This document shows, in pieces, positions 56,522 to 64,000 of a DNA stretch of 64,000 nucleotides. The stretch's first letter is position 1, and every line of letters begins with the position of its first letter. The stretch spans positions 2,048,001 to 2,112,000 of the forward strand of contig CBDFJQ010000002.1 in assembly GCA_965248575.1 (NCBI GenBank), read 5' to 3'. The position numbers and the translations under genes are program-made. This DNA comes from Planctomycetota bacterium (lineage in GTDB: Bacteria; Planctomycetota; B15-G4). The notes under the pieces were generated by a model. The model worked only from the letters and a program-made list of their open reading frames with translations. It made no database searches and was not told where the DNA came from.

Positions 56522-58186
56522 TCAGGGCGCACTCGTTGCCACGAGACCATTGGATGCAGAATACCCGCACTCCGAAACAGGGTCCTGAACCCAGGCCTGG
56601 AAGGCGACCTGTGTTGCCGGAGGGACAACTGGCCATGAGGTGCCGAAGCTGACGACGCCTTCCGCGTTGGTGTTCGCGGCGAACACGGCGTCCATCGCGG
56701 GAAACAGGACGCCACACAGGAAAGGCGTGGCGGCGACGCTCAAGCCCACGAACAAGGAGACGGACGCGTTGGCTGCGGCGCGGTTCACTTTCAGCAGCAC
56801 GGGAGTCCCCGTCACGAGACTCCCCACGCCCTGAAGATTCGGGATGCCCTTGGTGCCAGGCACGCCCCCCGCAAGCGTGGCCCACGGAGAAGGCCCATGG
56901 GCGACCAACTGCACCTGGAGATCGGTGTAGATCCCCTTCAACTCGAGCGACAGGGGGGAATCGAGCAGATTCACCGCTTCCAAGGGGTCCAGGAGCAAGT
57001 CGTACAGTTCACGAAAGACCGGCACTGGGTTCGGTCCGGCATAGGAGTGGATCAGCTTGTAGCGATTGCCCCGTACGGCGGTTCCGCGCCGGACGTACGA
57101 GGGCGGCGGCCCCTTCGACGGCAGGAAGTTGGGTTGGAAGAGCTCCTCAAAGGCAAAGGCCCGCTGGCTGGGCGCGTCAGGGTTCGACAGGTACGGACGC
57201 AGGCTCACTGAATCCAAGGCAGACGTAGAATCTGCCCCGGCGAGATCCGCAATCGTTGCGTACAGATCCGTGGTGTTGACCAACGCCGTGCATTCGGCGC
57301 CCTGCACCACCCCCGGGCCGGTCACGATCAGCGGCACCCGGATTCCCTGCTCATACAACGTGGTCTTCGCATGCTCCTCGGTCCAGGGAGGCAGCACTGC
57401 CACCCCCTCGGGCCCGTTGTCGCCCACGAACACCACCGTCGTCTCGGCGGGGTCGACGCCGTTCAGCAGCCGCCCGATTTCTGTATCCATGGCCTCGATA
57501 ATGGCGCGGCTGTAGACCGGCTCGTTGCCCGCGATGGTTCCCGGCAGCTCCACGGTGTGCAGCTCTTCCGGGGGCGCATGGTAGGGGAGGTGGGCGGCAT
57601 GGAAGCCGACCCAGATGAACCAGGGCTCAGGCAACGTCAGCATCAAGTCCAGAGCGTCGTCCACCGTGTCCGTAGTGGCGTAGGTGGTGCTGATCGTGGC
57701 CTCGCCGTTCACGTTCTTGAAGTATTGGTAGTAGTCCCGAAGGTTGCCCGGTGTCGCACGCACCTCGTCAAAGCCCCCGAGCAAGGGGTGAGCGTACGAC
57801 TTGCCCAAGTGCCACTTGCCCAGCAGCGCACTGGTGTAGTTCGCGGAGCCCAGCGCCCCAGGCAAGGTCGTGAAGCGGGAGAGCTCCATGCCGGAAAACT
57901 CTGAAGCGTCGATCACCGTCCCCATGCCCGTTCGCCACGCGTAGTTGCCGCTGAGGATGGTGGCGCGGGTGGGCGAACAAGAAGGGTTGGAAGTCGCCCG
58001 GCGAAAGAGCACTCCTCGAGCCGCCATCAAATCGATGTTGGGCGTGTTGGCGGGCACGGGGTGCTCGCCATAGACAGCGACGGTGTCCACACCCACGTCA
58101 TCGGCTATGAGCAGCAGCACATTGGATTGCGCCGCGGCAGGAGCGCCAAGCTGGAGCCCCACAAACATCAGCCAGAGGAATCTCAA
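56522..58186 (-). CDS. Secreted Cys-type (formylglycine) sulfatase with C-terminal beta-rich extension
   Basis: Signal peptide; IADDVG, CSPTR, GKWHLG, H.PYH, GDNG, K.TLYEQGIRVP; C-terminal FQAWVQDP...SNGL. Confidence 0.9.
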   Translation of the reverse strand: MRFLWLMFVGLQLGAPAAAQSNVLLLIADDVGVDTVAVYGEHPVPANTPNIDLMAARGVLFRRATSNPSCSPTRATILSGNYAWRTGMGTVIDASEFSGMELSRFTTLPGALGSANYTSALLGKWHLGKSYAHPLLGGFDEVRATPGNLRDYYQYFKNVNGEATISTTYATTDTVDDALDLMLTLPEPWFIWVGFHAAHLPYHAPPEELHTVELPGTIAGNEPVYSRAIIEAMDTEIGRLLNGVDPAETTVVFVGDNGPEGVAVLPPWTEEHAKTTLYEQGIRVPLIVTGPGVVQGAECTALVNTTDLYATIADLAGADSTSALDSVSLRPYLSNPDAPSQRAFAFEELFQPNFLPSKGPPPSYVRRGTAVRGNRYKLIHSYAGPNPVPVFRELYDLLLDPLEAVNLLDSPLSLELKGIYTDLQVQLVAHGPSPWATLAGGVPGTKGIPNLQGVGSLVTGTPVLLKVNRAAANASVSLFVGLSVAATPFLCGVLFPAMDAVFAANTNAEGVVSFGTSWPVVPPATQVAFQAWVQDPVSECGYSASNGLVATSAP

Positions 58187-58380
58187 AGCACACCCTCGCC
58201 GGAACTCAGTGCATTTGTGCGGGCTCCCACCGGCAAAGCCGGAATCGAACGGACCGAGAGCCGACGACTTTCCCTGATCAAACAGCGTCCGATCCTAGCT
58301 CGCACTCCACTCTTGGAACAGAGTCCTTGATACCCTCGGCGGCCCTCACCCTCGCCAGCAGCTGCATCCCTCCCTTGCCC

Positions 58381-60708
58381 ATGTCCCTATCCATGCTGCC
58401 CTGCGCCTCGACCCTGCTTCGCGCCCTGAATCGCCCCCTGGTGCGCTCACTGATTCTCGCAAACCTTGCCATCCTCATCTTGAGTTCGGTGAACCCTCTC
58501 GCGGCCCAGTCGACAACCAGCACCGGCACCGCAACCGGCGCCCGACAGAGCCAGTCTGCCCGCGAAGCCATGTGGCCCGCCCCCTCCGCCGAAGACTGGG
58601 CCAAGCCCTGCCTGATCACTTTTCAACGCACCTATGAGGACGCCCAAGCCGTCTCACAGGAAACGGGCAAGCCCATCCTCGTCTGCGTGAACATGGACGG
58701 CGAGATCGCCAGCGAGCACTACGCCGGCATCCGCTACAGGCAGCCGGAGACGGCCGCACTCTACGAGCCATACGTCAACGTCATCGCCTCGGTCTATCGC
58801 CACAACGACCGCGACTATGACGAGCTGGGACGACGCATCCTCTGCCCCCGCTTCGGCAGCGTGACCTGCGGCGAACACATCGCCATCGAGCCCGGGCTCT
58901 ACGAGAAGTTCCTCGATGGCCAGCGCATTGCACCGCGCCACATCGGCGTCGAGCGCGATGGGCAGGAGCTCTACGATGTCTTCTACGCCTTCGACACGGA
59001 TTCCGTGTTCGAGGCCATCCGCCAAGGGATCGCCCAGCGGGAGTTCCCCGACGTGCCTCCTCCCCCCGGTGATCGTTCCCTCGCTGAGCGAGCGCTGAGC
59101 GCGGAGATCAGTGATCGGGAAGCCCTCGAAGGAATGTGGCTGGACGGCTCCGGGAGTACCCGTCTGCAGCTGATGCAGGCGGCCCGACAGGCGGGCTCTC
59201 GAGCCCCCGTGGACCTGCTGCGCCTGGCCCTTCACGCCCACGACCCCGAGCTGCGGCGCATGGCGCGCGAAGCCCTGGCGCTGTCCGAGTCCCCCAAAGC
59301 CGTCGACCTGCTGGTGGATGTGCTCTCAGACCCGCTCCTAGGCGACACGGAACACGCGGCCTTGCTGGCAGCCCTGGAGCGCCTCGGGCAAGGGTCCGTG
59401 CGCGCGCGCCGCCTCGCCGTCGTGCACCGGGGCCTCGCGGGTCGATCGGGGTCCGTCGACATGCCCCGCTGGCTCACGGCCGTCGAGTCAGATGCCCCGG
59501 CCCCTCTGGCCTTTGACCGCGAACAGTTCCAGACCCCGTTGGAGCGGCAGGACGAGATCTTGAGCGGCAACGATCCGGCGGCCCATCTGGACCTGGCCGA
59601 GGCCCTGTTGCAGTTCGCCTACGAGCAGCACGCCTTCGACCCGCCCTACGCCAACCTGCTGTTCATGGACGCCCAGAGCACAGCCCAGCGCGCCCGCTCG
59701 CTCGGCGCCTACGGTTGGCGGTTGGAGGGTGCGCTCTCCATCTCGGCCTTCTACCTGGGCGACACCGGGGAGGCCCAAGCCCGGGCCATCGATGCGGTCC
59801 AAAGCGGCCTGCCCGACAACGCCCGGGACTGGAACACCATGGCCGTACTGGCCAACTTCGCCGGGGCGCGACAGGAAGCCATCCGCATCGCGCTGCGGGC
59901 GGGCGAAGAGTGGCCGCCCGAGTGGGTCACGGACGTGCACGCCGCCTGCCTGGTCCTGCTGCGCCACCCCTATGGCACCGAGGAGCAGGCGGTCGCCTAT
60001 CACGACTTCCTGCAGTCCTTGGGAGCTCGGGGCGAGGCGTCCCAGATCCTTGATGAGGGTCTGGACCGTTATGCGGACTCGTGGGATCTCCATGACCGCC
60101 TGCGCCGACGTGTGTTCAGCACCATCGGCTTCGAGCAGCTCGAGCCCACCTACGCGCAACGCTTGGCGCGCTCGGACGCCCCACCAGGCCTGCACTACTT
60201 CGCTGGCTATGCCTCACTGGTCACCGCCGAGTTCCTGCGACGCACAGGCCGGCCTGCGGATGAGGCCCTGGCTGCCTATGAGCGGGCAATGATGCACTTC
60301 GAAACAGACATCCGGGCCCTGCCAGAAGCACGGGACGACAGCGACCACTTCATCGCGCTGGCCTTGGGCGGTGCAGCACGGGTCTCCTTGGAGGCGGGTC
60401 ACGACCAGCAGGCCGTCGCCGCCCTGCTCGCGAGCTTCGAGCGCCGCCCCGCCTCGGCGGCCACCCTGGACGGCCTGAATCTCTCCGCGGTGGACACGGC
60501 GAAGATGCTGAAGTCCCGGCTGGCAGACCTCGGGCAGGAGGATCTCCACCGGCAGGTGAGCACAGCCCTCGAGCGGCTTCCCGCAAAACTGCTGGAACTC
60601 CCGGCCTACGAGCGAGGCCCGCCAGAAGACGACCCCACCCGCCCCTCCTGGCGGCGCCGTTGGCAACGGTCCGGACCCGGGCAGGCGTCGGGACGCTCGC
60701 AGGGTTAG
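58381..60708 (+). CDS. Secreted protein: thioredoxin-like N-domain plus HEAT/TPR-like repeats (paralogue of 44587-46722)
   Basis: Signal-like N-terminus; FQRTYEDAQAVSQETGKPILVCVN; CPRFGSVTCGEH; ALHAHDPELRRMAREAL. Start uncertain. Confidence 0.75.
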   Translation: MSLSMLPCASTLLRALNRPLVRSLILANLAILILSSVNPLAAQSTTSTGTATGARQSQSAREAMWPAPSAEDWAKPCLITFQRTYEDAQAVSQETGKPILVCVNMDGEIASEHYAGIRYRQPETAALYEPYVNVIASVYRHNDRDYDELGRRILCPRFGSVTCGEHIAIEPGLYEKFLDGQRIAPRHIGVERDGQELYDVFYAFDTDSVFEAIRQGIAQREFPDVPPPPGDRSLAERALSAEISDREALEGMWLDGSGSTRLQLMQAARQAGSRAPVDLLRLALHAHDPELRRMAREALALSESPKAVDLLVDVLSDPLLGDTEHAALLAALERLGQGSVRARRLAVVHRGLAGRSGSVDMPRWLTAVESDAPAPLAFDREQFQTPLERQDEILSGNDPAAHLDLAEALLQFAYEQHAFDPPYANLLFMDAQSTAQRARSLGAYGWRLEGALSISAFYLGDTGEAQARAIDAVQSGLPDNARDWNTMAVLANFAGARQEAIRIALRAGEEWPPEWVTDVHAACLVLLRHPYGTEEQAVAYHDFLQSLGARGEASQILDEGLDRYADSWDLHDRLRRRVFSTIGFEQLEPTYAQRLARSDAPPGLHYFAGYASLVTAEFLRRTGRPADEALAAYERAMMHFETDIRALPEARDDSDHFIALALGGAARVSLEAGHDQQAVAALLASFERRPASAATLDGLNLSAVDTAKMLKSRLADLGQEDLHRQVSTALERLPAKLLELPAYERGPPEDDPTRPSWRRRWQRSGPGQASGRSQG

Positions 60709-60819
60709 GCATCCCCCCGGGCTCGGATGCGCTAAGCTTCCCCGGTCGTTCCCGCGCGGGCTCCGTGCACCCGTGGCGAGCGCCCCGGCAAATCCCACTG
60801 CCTGCTCGAGCCCAGCGCC

Positions 60820-63800
60820 ATGTCGATGCCCGACGTCGAGGACTTCTATCCCCTCTCGCCCCTCCAGCAGGGGTTGCTGTTCCACAGCTTGTCCGATGAG
60901 GGCGACGGCCTCTACTTCAACCAGACCTTGCTCGGGCTCGAAGGCGCCCTGGACGTCGAGGCCTTCCGCCGTGCCTGGGCCGCCGTCGTCGACCTGCACC
61001 CCATCCTGCGCACCTTCTTCGTTTGGGAGGGTGTGGAGAAGCCGATCCAGGTCGTGAAGCGCGGCGCCACGATGCCACTCGACCATCTGGACTGGCGCGC
61101 CGACCCCGCGGGAGCGCATGCCCAGCGTCTCGACAGCTTGCTGCAAGAGGACCTCGCCCAGGGCTTCGACCTGTCCCAGGCACCCTTGATGCGCGCCACC
61201 TTGGTGCGCACCGCGGACGACCGCCACGAACTGAGCTGGAGCTTCCACCACCTCTTGATGGACGGGTGGAGCATGTTCCGCATGTTGGGACAGGTCTTCG
61301 CCACGTACGACACCCTGGTGGCCGGCGGTAGCCCTCAGCTCGAACGCTCGCGCCCCTACCGCGACTACCTCGTCTGGCTGTCGCGCCAGGACCGGTCCAA
61401 GGCCGAGGCCTTCTGGCGAGAGAACCTGGCGGGCTTCACGGCCCCCACGCCTTTGCCGCCGGACCTCGCCCCCGACCTCCATGCAGCTCGTGGCCCGGCT
61501 CAAACCGCGGCCGAGTCCGCTGACTTCGCCGTGCTCACCGGGGCGCTCAGTGTTGACACCACGGCGGCCCTGAGCCAGCTCGCCGCCGACAACCACCTCA
61601 CCTTGAACACCTTGCTTCAAGGGGCCTGGGCACTTCTGCTCTCTCGCTACAGCCGTGAGAGCGACGTGTTGTTCGGGGCCATTGTCTCCGGACGCCCGCC
61701 TGAGCTCGAAGGGGTCGACGGCATGGTGGGCCTGTTCATCAACTCGTTGCCCGTGCGTGTCCGCATGGATCGCAGCGAAGCCCTGCTGCCCTGGTTGCAG
61801 CGACTTCAAGCCGACCAGGCAGAGCTGCGTGAGTACGAACACAGCGCCCTGGTGGATGTCCAGGGTTGGAGCGAGGTGCCCCGCGGCGAGCAGCTCTTCG
61901 AGACGCTGTTCCTGTTCGAGAACTACCGCAAGGACACGCCGCTGGAAGAGATGTGCTCATCGCTCAAGCTGCGGGATGTGCGGTGGTTCGAGCGGCACAA
62001 CTTCCCCATCGCCGCCGTGGCCATCCCCGGCGAGTCGCTCAGCCTGCGCGTCATCTACCAGACGCAGCGCTTCAGCCGAGCCGGGATCGAACGCCTGCTT
62101 GGGCACTGGCGCACGCTCGTCGAGAGCATGGTGGCCCAGCCCGGAGCAACGCTCGGTGCCCACGGGCTGCTGACACCCGAAGAACGCAAGCTGCTGTTGG
62201 AGACCTGGAACGACACCGACGCCGACCTGCCTGATGTGTGCGCCCACGAGCTGGTGGAGCGCCAGGCCGATGCACTGCCCGAGTCCCTAGCCGTGGTGCA
62301 GGGCGAGCGCTGCTTGACCTATGCCGAGCTGGAGCTGCGAGCCAACCGCCTCGCTCACCAGTTGAAGGCTCTCGGGGTCGGGCCCGGCGTACGGGTGGCG
62401 CTGGCCACCGGCCGCACGCTGGAGATGGTGGTCGGCATCCTGGGCACCCTCAAGGCAGGCGGAGCCTACGTCGCCTGCGACCTCGGCGTCCCCCCCGCCC
62501 GCCTTGCCTACGTCTTCGAGGATTCCCAAGCGCTGGTGGTCCTCACCACTGCCGAGACGGCCTCCTCCTTGCCCGCGCACGGGGCCCAGACACTCACGGC
62601 CGATGCCCAGGGCCAGTGGCGGGCTGATGCTGCCGCGCAGACCGAAGCGCCTGCATGGCCGGCCACGCGCCCCGCTCCATCGGCCTGCCCCTCCGACCTC
62701 GCCTATGTCATCTACACCTCCGGCTCCACGGGCACACCCAAGGGGGTCGAGCTGGAGCACGCGGGCCTGGTGAACCTGCTCAGCTGGCACCAGCGCACCT
62801 ATGACGTGAAGCCAGGCGACCGCGCCTCGCACCTCGCCGGCCTGGGCTTTGACGCCTGTGTCTGGGAACTCTGGCCCTACCTTGCTGCTGGCTCCTGCCT
62901 GCATCTCGTGGATCAGGAAACACGCCTGGCACCCGACGCCCTGCTGCAGTTCTTCGCGCGGGTGGGCATCACCCAGGCCTTCGTGCCCACCCCCCTGGCC
63001 GAAGCCATGCTTCGGCTCGACATGCCCTCCGACCTCGTGCTGGACGTGGTCTTTACCGGCGGTGACAAGCTGAACCGCGCGCCCGAACAAGCCCTCCCCT
63101 TCCGCCTGGTCAATCACTACGGGCCGACGGAGAACACCGTCGTCGCCACCGCCGTCGAAGTGCCGCCCAATGCCGAGGACGACAGCGCACCGACCATCGG
63201 AAAACCTATCGACAACGTGCAGTGCTACCTCCTGGACGCGGACATGAACCCCGTCCCGGTGGGCGTGGCCGGGGAGCTCTTCATCGGGGGCAAGAGCCTC
63301 GCGCGTGGTTATCTGGGCCGGGAGGATCTGACCGCGCAGGCCTTCGTGCCGAACCCCTTCCGGGACGACACGCGCCTCTATGCCACGGGCGACCTCGGGT
63401 GTTGGACTGGCGACGGTGAGATCGAATTCCTGGGCCGCATCGACTCCCAGGTCAAGGTGCGTGGATACCGCATCGAACTGGGCGAGATCGAGACGGTTCT
63501 CGCGCGACATGCCGGCGTACGCGAGGCCGTGGTCTTGGCCCGCGAAGACGTGCCCGGCAACAAGCAGCTCGCGGGCTATGTCGTCGCAGCAGACCCAGCG
63601 GCAGCCGCCTTGCAGGAGGCCGAACTCAAGGCGCATTGCGCAGCAGAGCTGCCCGACTACATGGTGCCTCCAGCGATCCTGGTCCTGGACAGCTTCCCCC
63701 TCTCCAGCAGCGGCAAGCTGGATCGCAAGGCCCTGCCTGCGCCCGACATCGCCCGACCCCGGATGGAGGCTGCCTACGAGGCACCCACCGAGGGCGTCGA

Positions 63801-64000
63801 GGCCACCATCGCCAACATCTGGCGAGAGTCCTTGAAGCTGGACCAGGTGGGCCGCGCCGACAACTTCTTCGACCTGGGCGGAAACTCGATCCTGTTGATC
63901 GCCGTGCACGGCAAGCTCAAGGCCGCATTGGGGAGGGAATTCCCGATGGTGGAACTGTTCCGGTTCCCCACGGTGGGCACCCTGGCCCGGCACCTCGAAG
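60820..64000 (+). CDS. Non-ribosomal peptide synthetase, C-A-T module (partial, continues beyond window)
   Basis: Read by hand from ATG 60820: YPLSPLQQGLLFH, HHLLMDGWS (C); YTSGSTGTPKGV, FDACVWE, NHYGPTE, QVKVRGYRIELGEIE, SGKLDR (A); FFDLGGNS (T). Absent from the ORF track because there is no stop inside the window. Confidence 0.95.
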   Translation, partial: MSMPDVEDFYPLSPLQQGLLFHSLSDEGDGLYFNQTLLGLEGALDVEAFRRAWAAVVDLHPILRTFFVWEGVEKPIQVVKRGATMPLDHLDWRADPAGAHAQRLDSLLQEDLAQGFDLSQAPLMRATLVRTADDRHELSWSFHHLLMDGWSMFRMLGQVFATYDTLVAGGSPQLERSRPYRDYLVWLSRQDRSKAEAFWRENLAGFTAPTPLPPDLAPDLHAARGPAQTAAESADFAVLTGALSVDTTAALSQLAADNHLTLNTLLQGAWALLLSRYSRESDVLFGAIVSGRPPELEGVDGMVGLFINSLPVRVRMDRSEALLPWLQRLQADQAELREYEHSALVDVQGWSEVPRGEQLFETLFLFENYRKDTPLEEMCSSLKLRDVRWFERHNFPIAAVAIPGESLSLRVIYQTQRFSRAGIERLLGHWRTLVESMVAQPGATLGAHGLLTPEERKLLLETWNDTDADLPDVCAHELVERQADALPESLAVVQGERCLTYAELELRANRLAHQLKALGVGPGVRVALATGRTLEMVVGILGTLKAGGAYVACDLGVPPARLAYVFEDSQALVVLTTAETASSLPAHGAQTLTADAQGQWRADAAAQTEAPAWPATRPAPSACPSDLAYVIYTSGSTGTPKGVELEHAGLVNLLSWHQRTYDVKPGDRASHLAGLGFDACVWELWPYLAAGSCLHLVDQETRLAPDALLQFFARVGITQAFVPTPLAEAMLRLDMPSDLVLDVVFTGGDKLNRAPEQALPFRLVNHYGPTENTVVATAVEVPPNAEDDSAPTIGKPIDNVQCYLLDADMNPVPVGVAGELFIGGKSLARGYLGREDLTAQAFVPNPFRDDTRLYATGDLGCWTGDGEIEFLGRIDSQVKVRGYRIELGEIETVLARHAGVREAVVLAREDVPGNKQLAGYVVAADPAAAALQEAELKAHCAAELPDYMVPPAILVLDSFPLSSSGKLDRKALPAPDIARPRMEAAYEAPTEGVEATIANIWRESLKLDQVGRADNFFDLGGNSILLIAVHGKLKAALGREFPMVELFRFPTVGTLARHLE

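Noticed and set aside
25780..58186. A single 'sulfur island' (rhodanese, sulfatases, TauD-like, sulfotransferases, FGE domain)
   Set aside because: Genes are scattered over >30 kb in separate units, these families are abundant in planctomycete-like genomes, and the TauD-family protein looks ScoE-like.
60214..63993. Long minus-strand ORFs 60214-61842 and 62287-63993
   Set aside because: Antisense shadows of the plus-strand NRPS, which carries all C-A-T motifs.
1..64000. tRNA, rRNA, CRISPR, transposase/integrase or defence genes
   Set aside because: No cloverleaf/T-loop signatures, repeat-spacer arrays or recognisable motifs seen by eye; a covariance-model scan was not possible.

Overview
High-GC bacterial chromosomal window, probably from a Planctomycetota-like organism (inference from the TIGR02999-type ECF sigma/Ser-Thr kinase pair, several sulfatase-family genes, an ASPIC/UnbV protein and a ThuA-DUF1080 fusion). 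In order it contains: the 3' end of a probable glpK, an ArsR-like/SRPBCC pair, a GlpSTPQUV-type glycerol ABC transporter, a DUF4212/sodium:solute symporter pair and an 8-gene arginine operon (argG-X-argC-argD-argF'-argB-argE-argH). Next come a frameshifted recQ, signalling genes, two sulfatase-like genes, a ScoE-like Fe/2OG enzyme, and two long paralogous thioredoxin-like/helical-repeat proteins. The right end holds a COG0523 GTPase, a kinase-like pair plus a sulfotransferase pair, an ECF/STK-FGE/sulfatase module, and an NRPS (C-A-T) that runs off the edge and is absent from the ORF track. The best candidate for new biology is the arginine operon. It has no argA/argJ, carries a translationally coupled DUF1611/DgcN-like P-loop protein, and its transcarbamylase looks N-succinylornithine-specific. 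Together these suggest a non-canonical N-acylglutamate synthase. The second candidate is the ScoE-like isonitrile synthase homologue without its usual partner genes. No rRNA, tRNA, CRISPR array or transposase was seen. All family calls are by motif recognition from memory; no database search was run.
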